Shown here: in pieces, positions 9,814 through 19,943 of the stretch | Layout: each line of letters opens with the position of its first letter | How positions within the stretch are numbered: the first letter of the stretch is position 1 | From: Polyangiaceae bacterium | Lineage (GTDB): Bacteria; Myxococcota_A; Polyangia; Polyangiales; Polyangiaceae | Reading direction: 5' to 3' | NCBI GenBank assembly: GCA_965222375.1 | Contig: CBDCTZ010000015.1 | Coordinates: 800,001 to 864,000 of the forward strand | DNA: 64,000 bases | Translations under genes and position numbers: made by a program | The notes under the pieces: generated by a model | What the model saw: the letters and a program-made list of their open reading frames with translations, nothing else | Told to the model about the DNA's origin: nothing | The model's database searches: none

Positions 9814-11346
9814 ATGTCAACGGAGCGGCTGCGTCGCCAACCTCAGTTCACTCTCTTCACTCAGTCCGTGGAGGACCTGCCCCACACGGTGGAGATCACG
9901 GATATCGACGGCGTTCTGCTCTACGTGAACAAGGCCTTCGAACGCCTGTATGGCTACAGCGCGGAAGAGGTGCTCGGCAAAACGCCCAGGCAGGTCATGC
10001 GAAGTCACGAGCATTCCGAAGAATTCTATCGGAAAGCCTGGCAAGCGATTTCCGAGAACAAGGTCTGGGTCGGTCGTCTGATCAGCAAAACCAAGTCGGG
10101 TGCCCTCGTGCACGCCGACACAGTCGTGTTCCCAGTGAGGAACGACGCGGGTGAGACGACCCACTACGTCGCGATCAGGCGTGACGTGACCGAGCAGCAG
10201 CAGCTGCGCGCTCAGCTGATCCAATCCGAGCGGCTGGCGGCGCTGGGGTTGCTATCCGCAGGCGTAGCGCACGAAGTGAACAATCCGCTGACCTATGTCC
10301 AGTCGACCGTGGATGAGCTAGGCGTGTTGATGGGCCAGCTCGACAGCGACGTCGGCGCCCAAGCCCAGCAGCTGCTCGGCGACCTTCGTGGAGGCATCGA
10401 CCGAATCGAGCATGCGATTCGGGAGCTTCGCGCCTTCGCACAGCCGCAGGAGGACCGCCCAGCACCTCTGGACGTGCGCGACTTGTTGGACCTCTCCTTG
10501 AAGCTCGCATCCAACGAGATCCGCCATCGTGCCCGTGTGGTTCGCGCCTACGAATCGGTTCCCAAGGTGCTTGCCAGCGAGCAGCGACTCTCGCAGGTCT
10601 TTCTGAACCTCGTGCTCAACGCCGCACAAGCGATTCCCGCGGGCGCCGTAGAGGACAACGAGATTCGCGTCGCAACTCACCATGCGCGATCTGGAGCCGT
10701 CATCGCCGAGATTTCCGACACGGGGTGCGGCATTCCGGAGCGCCTGCTGGAAAGGGTTTTCGAGCCCTTGGTCACGACCAAGACCGAGGCCGAGGGCACA
10801 GGCTTGGGGCTCTTCATCTGTCGGAAGGTCGTCAAGGAGCTGGGCGGCCAGATCCGGCTCCAAAGCAAACCAGGCCAAGGGACGACCTTCACGGTCACAC
10901 TGCCGCCGGCCGCCATCGCCGCCGCAGAGCGGCCTCAGCGCAAAGCCAGGGCCCCATCCAACCGACTCCCGCCCCTTTCGCTGCTCGTGGTCGACGACGA
11001 GCCCGGAGTCGCGCGAGCCTTGGCGCGGATACTCTCCTTCCACCGGGTCACCACCTGTGGCGGTGGACGCGAGGCCCTGACCATCACAGCCGAGCGGAAG
11101 TTCGACGCCATTGTGTGCGATCTGATGATGCCGGACGTGTCTGGCATTCACGTCGCTGAAGGTCTCAGTAGGCAACAACCACCGCAACACGATCGCCTGA
11201 TCTTGATGACCGGCGGAGCCTTCACGCCCGAGGCACGAGAGTTCCTCAAGGACGGGAACTACCCACTGGTGACGAAGCCCTTCAATCCACAGGAAGTGCT
11301 GGAGGCGATCCGCATCGTGGTGCAGCGCCCGCGGCCTTCACCCTAG
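9814..11346 (+). CDS. Hybrid sensor histidine kinase (PAS-HisKA-HATPase-REC)
   Basis: PAS (YVNKAFERLYGYSAEEVLGK), H-box GVAHEVNNPL, N-box NLVLNAAQA, G-boxes DTGCGI and GTGLGL, receiver VVDDE...CDLMMP...KPF. Confidence 0.93.
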   Translation: MSTERLRRQPQFTLFTQSVEDLPHTVEITDIDGVLLYVNKAFERLYGYSAEEVLGKTPRQVMRSHEHSEEFYRKAWQAISENKVWVGRLISKTKSGALVHADTVVFPVRNDAGETTHYVAIRRDVTEQQQLRAQLIQSERLAALGLLSAGVAHEVNNPLTYVQSTVDELGVLMGQLDSDVGAQAQQLLGDLRGGIDRIEHAIRELRAFAQPQEDRPAPLDVRDLLDLSLKLASNEIRHRARVVRAYESVPKVLASEQRLSQVFLNLVLNAAQAIPAGAVEDNEIRVATHHARSGAVIAEISDTGCGIPERLLERVFEPLVTTKTEAEGTGLGLFICRKVVKELGGQIRLQSKPGQGTTFTVTLPPAAIAAAERPQRKARAPSNRLPPLSLLVVDDEPGVARALARILSFHRVTTCGGGREALTITAERKFDAIVCDLMMPDVSGIHVAEGLSRQQPPQHDRLILMTGGAFTPEAREFLKDGNYPLVTKPFNPQEVLEAIRIVVQRPRPSP

Positions 11347-11360
11347 GCCGGACCCACCAC

Positions 11361-13508
11361 TCAAGGTCGTTCGCTCTCGGGTGGTTTGGACCAGCGCAGG
11401 CGTTCGGGCTCGAGCCAGTTGACCGAGCAGTACACCCGCCCGCTTTGAGCCAGGGCACACTTGAAATTGTCATGAACCTCAACGGCGGTAACCCGCTCTG
11501 GTAGATCGACTCGCCGAGCGCGGGGCGGATCGTGGTTGAGATCCGCGCACAGCACCTTACCGCCCTTCAGGCCGCACAAGAAACGGCCACTCCCGGCGAA
11601 TCCATCCGTGGCCGTCCAAGGGAAGTCCCTGGCCTTCCCCCCGCGCCAGCAGCGCGCCATCTTGGTGGGTAGACGTGCACAGATAGCGCTTCTCTGACCG
11701 GTCACGGCGTCGAAGTCACCCATTGGGTGGGGAACGTCGTATTGCGTCCCGAATGGGTGTTCGGAGCCCGGTCCCCAACACTGGAGCCGCTTTTCATCCA
11801 GCACGCAGGCGGTGCCCAGCGCAAGCGCGATCCCTTGAATGTTTTTGAATCTGTGCCGGGCATAGCCGCCGCGTTTCGAAAAGCGCACGTGTGCCACGTG
11901 GTCGGGCGTCGTATAGAGCACGCCATCTGCCATTTGGCGAATGGCGCTCACCTTCGCCCTCGCCGGGATGTTCAAGTCGATGCCGCTGCTCGTCGTCTTC
12001 CCACCACGGCGCAAGATGCCATCGTCCAGTAGCTCCAATCCGGTCTCCGGCTTCGCCGAGTGCTTTGCGGACCTTGGGCTGTTTGTGCAGCGATAGGTAT
12101 TGTCACTCATGCGCAGGCACAGCTGGCGCCCGTAGCTGATCCTCGTGGCCTTGGCGGATACGACTGCGGTCGTGGTCAAACGCTCCGTTTGATCATTGAT
12201 GCTGATCCTGCAAAACGGGGTCTTCGCGGTGTTCGAAGTGGCCTGGCACGCGGCGTAGTTGAGCGCATCTTCGTCGCAGCGGCACGGTTCGCCCACTTGG
12301 AGCGCGTCTTTGCAGGACTCGGAAGAACGATCACGCTGATACAAGCGCCGCTGAACCCGACGACGCACCTCTCCGTCCAGTTTGCGTTTGATGGTCGCGA
12401 GAAAAAGCAGCCTAGCGTCTTGGTCGCGACGCTGCTTGCTTGCGTCCAACTCTTCGAACTGCTTGGCCCAGTGATCCTCAAGTGCTTCTGTCGCGCACAC
12501 ACTCTGCTCACACACGAGGTCAGCGGAGCACTGGACCTTCTCGAGCCGCGCATTCAACCCCTTGCACGCCGTCGTAGACGCCGCGAGCGCCAGCTCGCAA
12601 CCTCGTCCGCAATGCCGCTCGATGCGCTTGCAGGCAAGCTCTGCAGCGGCTTCGGCTTCCGAATAGGCCATCAAGCCGATCAAGGCGTCCGTGATGTGCT
12701 TTTCGTCTGGGAAGCTGACAGCGTGACGGGTGAACGCTGGAATGCGCGCAGGGTGCGTGGTGGGCTCGAGCACCGAAAACCCGCGCCGAATGACTTCCGC
12801 CGGTGGAGACTTGGCACTGGACAGATACTTCTCCAGAGCAGCCCGTACACGTTTCTTGGAAGCCTCATCGAGCCCAAAGTAGGCGGACTTCCACTGGCCG
12901 CCGGCACAGGTCGGGCACCTGACCAGCAAGTCCGCAACCGCGCCATGGCCTTTGGTTTTCTTGAGCTCCTTGACGAGCGCGGTGCGACGGTTGGACTTTC
13001 GCCATATCAAATGCGCGACCTCGTGAAGAGGCGGCACTTTCTCCCAAACCGGTTGGTCTTGGTAGGCACCGCGCCACAGAAACGCACTGCCCGCCTTGCG
13101 CTTGTAGAGAATGGCCCACTTCTCGGCACCGCATTTGATGGCGAAGCGCTCGAAACCGTCCTCGGCAACTAGCTTCGCGTCTTCGCCGCAGGAAAACCGG
13201 ATCTTGAAGGAGCCGGCTGGCGTGCGGATCTCCGTCTTGACCTCGTGCTTCCTGGTTGGAAAGCAAATGCCGAAACCGTGACCTCCGGCACACTCGAGGC
13301 CGACGCCTGTCGTTTTCGTGGAGACCCACTCCACGTCGTGCTCTTCGTCAGTCGCAATGACCGTTTCCTTCTTGGAGCAGGTGCAGGATGCCAGCAGCAG
13401 GCTGAGACAAGCCAGCACCGCGACCTGCAGCCTCACTCCGAAGCACGTCTTTCGTCGTCCCGCGATCCCCCAAAGGGGACCCCCTCGACCGATCTCGGGC
13501 CCCGCCAC
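11361..13508 (-). CDS. Cys-rich hypothetical lipoprotein with C-terminal RCC1-like beta repeats
   Basis: Lipobox-like LASC (true start perhaps GTG 13436). C-terminal motifs ACVLDEKRLQCWG, CARLPTKMARCW, KCALAQSGRVYC. Confidence 0.7.
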   Translation of the reverse strand: MAGPEIGRGGPLWGIAGRRKTCFGVRLQVAVLACLSLLLASCTCSKKETVIATDEEHDVEWVSTKTTGVGLECAGGHGFGICFPTRKHEVKTEIRTPAGSFKIRFSCGEDAKLVAEDGFERFAIKCGAEKWAILYKRKAGSAFLWRGAYQDQPVWEKVPPLHEVAHLIWRKSNRRTALVKELKKTKGHGAVADLLVRCPTCAGGQWKSAYFGLDEASKKRVRAALEKYLSSAKSPPAEVIRRGFSVLEPTTHPARIPAFTRHAVSFPDEKHITDALIGLMAYSEAEAAAELACKRIERHCGRGCELALAASTTACKGLNARLEKVQCSADLVCEQSVCATEALEDHWAKQFEELDASKQRRDQDARLLFLATIKRKLDGEVRRRVQRRLYQRDRSSESCKDALQVGEPCRCDEDALNYAACQATSNTAKTPFCRISINDQTERLTTTAVVSAKATRISYGRQLCLRMSDNTYRCTNSPRSAKHSAKPETGLELLDDGILRRGGKTTSSGIDLNIPARAKVSAIRQMADGVLYTTPDHVAHVRFSKRGGYARHRFKNIQGIALALGTACVLDEKRLQCWGPGSEHPFGTQYDVPHPMGDFDAVTGQRSAICARLPTKMARCWRGGKARDFPWTATDGFAGSGRFLCGLKGGKVLCADLNHDPPRARRVDLPERVTAVEVHDNFKCALAQSGRVYCSVNWLEPERLRWSKPPESERP

Positions 13509-13680
13509 GCCTTGTGCTGTATCAGCAAACCCTTCGCGCAGAAACAGCGCACGAGAAATCCGAATTGCTGAGGGGGGTTGCGCGGCACTCGCTACTCCCG
13601 TGCACGGATGACCTTTGGATTCCGAAAATCCGTCCGTTAAACTGATTATGTAGACGACCTACGGACTGGACGCAGTTTCA

Positions 13681-14121
13681 TTGCCCTCGGAACCTCCCGC
13701 AAAAAGTGCTCCCGTAGAAGCTGACGCAACTCCCGGCGAAGAGTTTCGCACGGTTCTGTTCGTGGACGACGAGACCCAGGTACGCCGAGCGTTCAAGCGC
13801 GCCATGAGCGAACGCGGTTTCAATGTGCACCTCGCGTCTTCGAGCTTCGAAGCAACTCAAATGCTCCAGAAGCACTTCTACCCCGTCGTGATCAGCGACT
13901 ACAGGATGCCCGGGAGGGACGGAATCGCTTTCGCGGAGTGGGTGCAACGCCACGATCCAGCGACCACCTTCATCATCGTATCTGGCGTATCGAACTTCGA
14001 CACCTCGACCTCCGGCGCCGCTGACGACGCCATCGTCGCCAAGATGACGAAGCCCTGGGACGACGACGCCATGGCCGAGGCCATCGAGCGCGCGATCCGA
14101 GTCTGCCAACAGCGCGGCTAA
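13681..14121 (+). CDS. Single-domain response regulator
   Basis: FVDDE, phospho-Asp in VISDYRMPGRDG, S and KPW motifs. Confidence 0.88.
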   Translation: MPSEPPAKSAPVEADATPGEEFRTVLFVDDETQVRRAFKRAMSERGFNVHLASSSFEATQMLQKHFYPVVISDYRMPGRDGIAFAEWVQRHDPATTFIIVSGVSNFDTSTSGAADDAIVAKMTKPWDDDAMAEAIERAIRVCQQRG

Positions 14122-14275
14122 CAAGTCTAGGGCACACCCGCCGCGGGGCGAGTTCGACAAAAAGGCGCGGGACCCGGGAACTCGTGGGGCGGTGCGCTGT
14201 CTGAAAGGGGTTGTCGCCAGCTTTTCTCAAAATGGCGGCAAGGGTGAGGCGACTCGCACTAGGAGCTGGCATCGC

Positions 14276-15640
14276 ATGGCAGAGCTGCATTTCGAACCGC
14301 ACACACAACGTCCGGGAGCGATGACCCAGCACCTGCGGGCATTGCAGCCTGTGGGTCCAAAAGTGCTGCGCGTGGCCTGGGTGCGAGGCGGGCGCATCAT
14401 CGAAGAGCGTGTACTGCGCGAGCAGACGCACGTCACCGTTGGGGAAAACGAGAAGAACGTCTTCGTCGTAGCGAATTCGCTCTCCACCTTGCGCCTCTTT
14501 GAGCGTAGCCCCGACGGCTACACCCTCAAGCTCGCGCCCGGCGCCACGGCTCGGGTGGCCCTTGCAGCGGGGAGCTCATTGATGGAGCTCGACGGAGCGT
14601 CAACCCGCCAAGTGCGCCTGACCGGCGAGTCCCGGGGCCGCGTGCGAATGGGGCAGGACACCTTCTTGTTCCAATTCGTGCAGCCGCCGCCGGTGCAACC
14701 CAAGCCGCAGCTACCCGTCGCGGTCATCCGCGGCGCGACGGAAATCGATATTGCAACAACGACAATCGCCGCGCTGTCGTTCTTGTTGCACTTCTTGGCT
14801 GTCGGCGCCCTCTATTCCGACTGGCTAGACCCGGTCGTGGACGACGGCGTGGTCGTGTCCGGGCTGCTCGTAGATGTGAGCGCCCTGCCCGCGTTCGTGG
14901 AAGACGTGGAAACGCCGGCCACGGAGACCAGCACGACTGATGTGTCGCCTGGCAAGCCTGGGCCAACGACAAAAACCTCGCCAGGCAAACCCGGGCCAAC
15001 TGGCAACGCCACAGCTGCCAACGACGCAGCACTCAGTGACCAGCTGGCATCCATAGAGCTCGCTACCTTGGGCGCGTTGGCTCCCGGCGGAACGGCCACC
15101 GATGGCGTGCTCAAGGACGGAGAAGTGCCCACGGGCGCTCTCGACGAAGCCGCCGCCAGTCGTGCCGGTGTCTCCAAGGGCGGATTCAACCTCCCTGGCA
15201 AGGGCGGCCCACTGCGGCCGGGGCAGAACCCAGGGTTGGCGTCACTGGCGGACACCAAGCGCGGCACTTCGGCCGGCAACTCGGGCGAGAAGGTGGCGAC
15301 CAAGGGCCCGACGGGCTCGGTTGGCGTACCCCCGCCAACGACGCAGGGTGGCATCGTCAGCGATGCGCCCCGCGTGGTCGCGGGCATGCGACCGGGCTTT
15401 CGGAGTTGCTACAACAAGGGCCTGTTGGATCACCCGGACGCGCAGGGCAGCATCCGCCTGACCATCCGTGTCGGACCCGGAGGGGAAGTGCAAGGCGTTG
15501 GCGCCGCAGCGAGCGGCAATCTGCCACGCTCGATCGTGAGCTGCGTACGCAACCGCGCATCGGCTGGACAGTTCTCCCCACCCAAGGGCGGCAGTGCGGT
15601 CGTCATCGCACCGGTCAGCTTGGTGAAGCTGAACCGCTGA
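14276..15640 (+). CDS. AgmX/PglI-type TonB-C-terminal-domain membrane protein (gliding-motility GltG/GltJ-like family)
   Basis: SD aggag. N-terminal PKVLRVAWVRGGRIIEER domain, TM with SxxxH (LSFLLHF), low-complexity linker, C-terminal FRSCYNKGL...QGSIRLTIRVGPGGEV...CVRN...FSPPKGG. Confidence 0.75.
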   Translation: MAELHFEPHTQRPGAMTQHLRALQPVGPKVLRVAWVRGGRIIEERVLREQTHVTVGENEKNVFVVANSLSTLRLFERSPDGYTLKLAPGATARVALAAGSSLMELDGASTRQVRLTGESRGRVRMGQDTFLFQFVQPPPVQPKPQLPVAVIRGATEIDIATTTIAALSFLLHFLAVGALYSDWLDPVVDDGVVVSGLLVDVSALPAFVEDVETPATETSTTDVSPGKPGPTTKTSPGKPGPTGNATAANDAALSDQLASIELATLGALAPGGTATDGVLKDGEVPTGALDEAAASRAGVSKGGFNLPGKGGPLRPGQNPGLASLADTKRGTSAGNSGEKVATKGPTGSVGVPPPTTQGGIVSDAPRVVAGMRPGFRSCYNKGLLDHPDAQGSIRLTIRVGPGGEVQGVGAAASGNLPRSIVSCVRNRASAGQFSPPKGGSAVVIAPVSLVKLNR

Positions 15641-15696
15641 GGCGCACGGCTCTGCCCCCTCCGCTACAAGACTCCGGGATTTTCAAGTCACAAGCC

Positions 15697-15897
15697 TACG
15701 GGACCTATCTGGGCGGCAGCGGCACTGCGCAGAAAGAGGACGAGCGCGAACGCGATCTGGACATCGGCGAAAGTGGCAGCATCGTCGTCGTCGGTACCAC
15801 GAAGTCGAGCGACTTCCCGATCGTCGGCGCGGCGCAGCAGTCCAAGGCGGGCGGCGCGGGAGACGGTTTTGTGAGTATTTTTCGCGTGGCGCCGTAG
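15697..15897 (+). pseudogene. Orphan fragment of an SBBP-type beta-propeller repeat
   Basis: YGTYLGGSG...GSIVVVGTTKSSDFPIVGAAQ...GGAGDGFVS matches the typical SBBP blade. No plausible start or upstream coding part. Confidence 0.6.
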
Positions 15898-16036
15898 CGC
15901 TTGGCGTTTCTTCGAGGGAGAGGTCATAGTGGTCACGAAACAAAGTTTGCGACGTTCCCATGTTGCTCGGCTCAGTCAGTGACACATGGCTGAATATCTA
16001 GGCCGCGCGGCGCCGCGCGTCTGCTTGCGGTTTCTG

Positions 16037-17284
16037 ATGCGAAACTCGGTTATTGGCGTCCTAGTGGCAATCGGCGTGTCCGGGTGCGGCAGTGACTCCA
16101 CCGACCCTGGCGGCGGCGGCTCGGGCGGCGCGAGCGGTTCTTCTACTGGGGGCAGCAGTTCCGGGGGCTCGGCGGGTACGAGCGGTTCGGGCGGCGTCAG
16201 TGGCGCGGGCGGTTCCAGTGGCGCCACGGGAGGGGCATCAGGCAACTCCGGGTCGGGCGGTTCGGGTGGAACGAGTGGGGCGTCGGGCACTTCCGGATCG
16301 AGCGGTTCGGGCGGCGCGAGCGGCGGACTTGGAGGCGGCAGCGGTGGCTCTGCCGGGTCGGGCGGAGCTTCCGGCGGGACGGGTGGTTCCAGCGGTTCAG
16401 GCGGCTCCAGCGGTGGTCCGGGGCAGCACGTGGTTCTGTTCGGCGGCTGCATCAACAAGTGTTGGAACTTGCTCGACGACACCTGGATCTGGTCCGCCGG
16501 CAAGTGGACCCAGCGAACCCTCACCACGCATCCCGCCGCTCGGAACTATCACGCGATGACAGCCGCGAAGGGCAAGGTCGTTCTCTTCGGCGGTTTTGAC
16601 GGTAGCAAAGCGTTTGGAGACACTTGGACGTGGGACGGAAAAGCGTGGAAGCAAGTCAACGTGTCAGGTCCACCACCCCGAGACGATCACGCCATGGCGA
16701 CCTACAAAGACCAGGTCGTTCTCTTCGGTGGCTTCGCCGCTGGCAAGCACCTCAACGACACGTGGGTGTGGAATGGCACGCAGTGGACAGAACAAAAGGT
16801 CCCGCTCAGTCCTCCCGGTCGACGCGCGCATGCCCTGGCAGTCCAAAACGGTGAGGTGGTGTTGTTCGGTGGTTGGACCGGGGACACTGCGCTCGGTGAC
16901 ACCTGGACGTGGAACGGGTCCACCTGGACGCAGCGCACGCCAAGCTCCAGCGCTCCGGCGCGCGGTGGGCACGGGCTGGCAGCGGTTGCAAAAGAAGTCG
17001 TCCTTTTTGGCGGCGACAGCGCAGTCACCGCTTTGGGGGACACCTGGTCGTGGAATGCCGTTAACTGGGCCCCACGGAAACCCGGCACTGCTCCTGGGAT
17101 CCGTTCGCAATTCGCCATGGCGACTTTCAATGGGCAAGCCCTGCTTTTCGGGGGTCGGGACGGCGCCAACGCCTTTAGTCCCGACCTCGACGACACCTGG
17201 TCGTGGAACGGAGTGAACTGGACCAAGCTGGGCGTGTCGGGTCCTGTCGGCCGTCGGCTGGCCGCGATGGCGACACTGCCGTGA
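16037..17284 (+). CDS. Kelch-repeat beta-propeller lipoprotein
   Basis: Lipobox VSGC, long Gly/Ser linker, six repeats of V(V/L)LFGG...DTWxWxGxxW. Confidence 0.9.
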   Translation: MRNSVIGVLVAIGVSGCGSDSTDPGGGGSGGASGSSTGGSSSGGSAGTSGSGGVSGAGGSSGATGGASGNSGSGGSGGTSGASGTSGSSGSGGASGGLGGGSGGSAGSGGASGGTGGSSGSGGSSGGPGQHVVLFGGCINKCWNLLDDTWIWSAGKWTQRTLTTHPAARNYHAMTAAKGKVVLFGGFDGSKAFGDTWTWDGKAWKQVNVSGPPPRDDHAMATYKDQVVLFGGFAAGKHLNDTWVWNGTQWTEQKVPLSPPGRRAHALAVQNGEVVLFGGWTGDTALGDTWTWNGSTWTQRTPSSSAPARGGHGLAAVAKEVVLFGGDSAVTALGDTWSWNAVNWAPRKPGTAPGIRSQFAMATFNGQALLFGGRDGANAFSPDLDDTWSWNGVNWTKLGVSGPVGRRLAAMATLP

Positions 17285-17375
17285 CGCATGTGCTCCGTAC
17301 GGGGAGCGCGCCGACTAGGCCCCGGGTGGGAGTAGTGGCCCAGAGTGCCCCTGCGAACCGACCCCAAAACGTCGT

Positions 17376-17945
17376 CTAGTTGCAGTGAAACACCGAGGTT
17401 CCCGCGCCGATTCCCATCGCTGAGTTCGTCCCAGTGGGCCCGCTGGTCGTAGTGAAAACGCTCGGGAATTGTTTGGTGCCTGAACACGTCGTGAACAGAC
17501 GTCCGCTGAACTTCCGTCCCTCACACTCGATCACTATCTCGTCGTCGGAAGCACCTCGGGTCACGTCCAGTGTGACGCTGGCGGACTGAAACGTCGCGCG
17601 GGGCAGGACACAGTGCCAGCGCCCGTGTAGCGGAAGCACAAGGAGTCACGCTTCTTTACGGTAACGTCGTATTGCGGATCGTCCGTTCCAAAGACCGGTG
17701 AGCCAAAGGTCGCCACCGTACTGCCATCCTGTGACGAGCAAGAGAGGTTGTCTGCCGACCAGTTGCCAGGCGACGAGAACGCGTTGTCGATGCAGGCGTT
17801 GGCTTCCGCTGACAGGCGTCTGTAGCAGTTGTCCGTGTCATCGAAGAACGCGCAGAGCGACTCCCCGCCCGATGCTTCGTCGATGCTCGAACAGGAGGAA
17901 CCCCTGAGGAGCAGCGCGGCGAGGAGGATGCATCGCGTTGGACAT
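17376..17945 (-). pseudogene. Frameshifted secreted/lipoprotein gene
   Basis: ORFs 17561-17986 and 17376-17639 read as one protein if joined near 17600 (...CFRYTGAGTVS / ATFQSASVTLDV...). ATG 17945 is out of frame with the hydrophobic signal ILLAALLL. Confidence 0.5.
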
Positions 17946-18158
17946 CCCCGAAAGCCTGATCGAATCGCAGTTTGACTTGTGCTCATCCCCCATGTGCGTC
18001 GCGCGGGAGTCGCTTATTCCCTTCAGAATCGGACGCTGTACGGTTCCCATGGGTCGGTGCGGCAAGTTCCGTTTTTTTTGCCAAAAGCTCCCGCGCTGCC
18101 TGCCTGTGACGCACCCTGCGAAAGCGCCGGGGAAGCGCAGACGCGGGAGGCAAGGCGC

Positions 18159-18902
18159 CTACAGGTTGTCAATGCAGGCGCAGGTGTAGCTGTTGATGTA
18201 GAAGGTTGTGTTCTGTACCTTCTTGGTTTCATTTGGGATCCCCGCACAGCCCGAGTAGCCGTAGGTCGTGCTGCCCAACCCGCTGCGATAGGTCACCTTG
18301 GCTCCGGCTTTCACGTCCCCATTGACTGTGCTCCAGGGGTATTCGTCGTCGCAGCCGAGTCCATCCGCCGCGCAGATCTCGTCGCAGGTTTGGGTGGCTG
18401 GCGCATCGGCGCCCTTCTTGATGTGGGGAGAATCACAGCAACAGGAAACTAAATTCAGTCCGACGCCGTTGTTGCTTGCCTCTGGTACGGTATTGCAATC
18501 GTTGAGGTCAACCTGAGTCGCCGAATCGCCCTTGCCGTACTTGGCGTAGCCCAGGTAGGGCTTGCCGGTGCACACACCGCCGCAAGTGAGCGATAGCTTT
18601 GCATAGTCACCACAGACCTCGCTGCACGACTTGACGTCGTAGCTAGTCTTGGACACCTTTCCCATTCGTTTCGTCGGCGCGGCATCCACACCTGCGTCGG
18701 CGGCACCGGCTCCCGATGCTCCAGCGCTACCAGCACCCCCAAACGCACCAAATCCACCAAAGGCGCCGCTACCACCTGTTCCCGCGACGGCACCCGCCCC
18801 GGCACTGCCGCCGCCGTCGCTTGGGCTACTGCTACAGGCGAAAACTGAACAAGAAATGGCTGAGCCCAAGAATAGATGAGTGAAGAAATTGAGGTGCTTC
18901 AT
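18159..18902 (-). CDS. Cys-rich lipoprotein with two internal repeats
   Basis: SD-like ggaagg; lipobox VFAC. Two related modules, SCSEVC...YAKYG...CNTVP...SCCC and TCDEIC...KVTY...GCAGIP...YTCAC. Confidence 0.8.
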   Translation of the reverse strand: MKHLNFFTHLFLGSAISCSVFACSSSPSDGGGSAGAGAVAGTGGSGAFGGFGAFGGAGSAGASGAGAADAGVDAAPTKRMGKVSKTSYDVKSCSEVCGDYAKLSLTCGGVCTGKPYLGYAKYGKGDSATQVDLNDCNTVPEASNNGVGLNLVSCCCDSPHIKKGADAPATQTCDEICAADGLGCDDEYPWSTVNGDVKAGAKVTYRSGLGSTTYGYSGCAGIPNETKKVQNTTFYINSYTCACIDNL

Positions 18903-18981
18903 GCGTCGTCCTTCCAACCCCAAGACAACGCACGGCCAGCCAGAGTGGCGCAAAGTTTCTGCTAATTTGTTGAAATTGCAG

Positions 18982-19857
18982 CTATTTTTCGAGTAGACGT
19001 GGCAGCGACAAATCCAGTTGGCTCTGCACCAGGGACAGCAATCCCCGAAGGTCCTCAGCAGGCAGCGACAGCTGCTGCGCAAGCCGCTGCATCGTGTGAT
19101 CGAACACAGCGCTCCGCGCCTGGCTCAACCAGCGGACGACCGTGCTCCGATCCACCCGATAGGTCCTGGCTAGCTGCGCGAGGGTGACTCCCTCGACGAT
19201 ATGGAGACGGAGCAGGTTGCGCTCGCGCACGCTGAGCTGCTCGAGGCTGGCCTCGAAGGCGTCCTTGAATTCTCTTCTGTAGCGAGCCTTCAGAACCGAG
19301 AGCTCCGGGCTGTCGGCCAAGTCCACCGCCTGGCTCAGGAGGTCTGAGTCCATGTCTTGGCGTTTCTGGTCTCGCAGTGTCGAGATCGCCATCCGACAGG
19401 CGGATACGCGGATCAAGCCCCGCAAGGAACCCCCGCCCACGTAGCGATGGAGCAATGCGTCTCGCTGGTCCTTCACGAGCAGCTTGGCTCGAAGCGACTG
19501 CTGAATGTCGCGCACCGTCGCATCCGGCAGTGCGAAACGCGCTAGCGCCAGAGGCACTTCTTCGAAGTAGGTCTTGTCCACCGCACGAATCGCTTCAGGA
19601 AGATCCGCATGGCAAGCGGCGAGCAGGTAGAGCTCGGCAGCTTCTTCCCGGGAGAGCGCGACCAGCTGATCCACCTTCACGCGGGCACCCAAATAGCCCC
19701 CGAACTGCTCAGGCGTCAGAGTGAAACGCGGCCAACGCTCCGCGCCCGCTTCAAAGGCGGCATCCAAGGCAGTGTCGACCTGGGTGTCAGGAGCGGCAGA
19801 CATCCCGGCAGCTTGTGCGGACGATCGGTAGGCTGAACCAAGCACACTCTCCGCCAT
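18982..19857 (-). CDS. Myxococcales-type sigma-70/ECF-like RNA polymerase sigma factor (TIGR03001-like)
   Basis: AELYLLAAC, YVGGGSLRGLIRVSACRMA, PELSVLKARYRREFKDAF, region 4 RERNLLRLH...LARTYRVDRSTVVRWL, terminal VQSQLDLSLPRLL. Confidence 0.85.
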   Translation of the reverse strand: MAESVLGSAYRSSAQAAGMSAAPDTQVDTALDAAFEAGAERWPRFTLTPEQFGGYLGARVKVDQLVALSREEAAELYLLAACHADLPEAIRAVDKTYFEEVPLALARFALPDATVRDIQQSLRAKLLVKDQRDALLHRYVGGGSLRGLIRVSACRMAISTLRDQKRQDMDSDLLSQAVDLADSPELSVLKARYRREFKDAFEASLEQLSVRERNLLRLHIVEGVTLAQLARTYRVDRSTVVRWLSQARSAVFDHTMQRLAQQLSLPAEDLRGLLSLVQSQLDLSLPRLLEK

Positions 19858-19943
19858 CTCGCAGGTCCCGAGCTGAGCCTAACGCCCGGACACTGACGGA
19901 TACCAACAAAACCGGCACCACTCTCCGAAGCAACCGCTAGGCT

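Noticed and set aside
16100..16420. Gly/Ser/Ala-rich low-complexity tracts in many lipoproteins
   Set aside because: These are ordinary flexible linkers of myxobacterial lipoproteins, not independent repeat elements.
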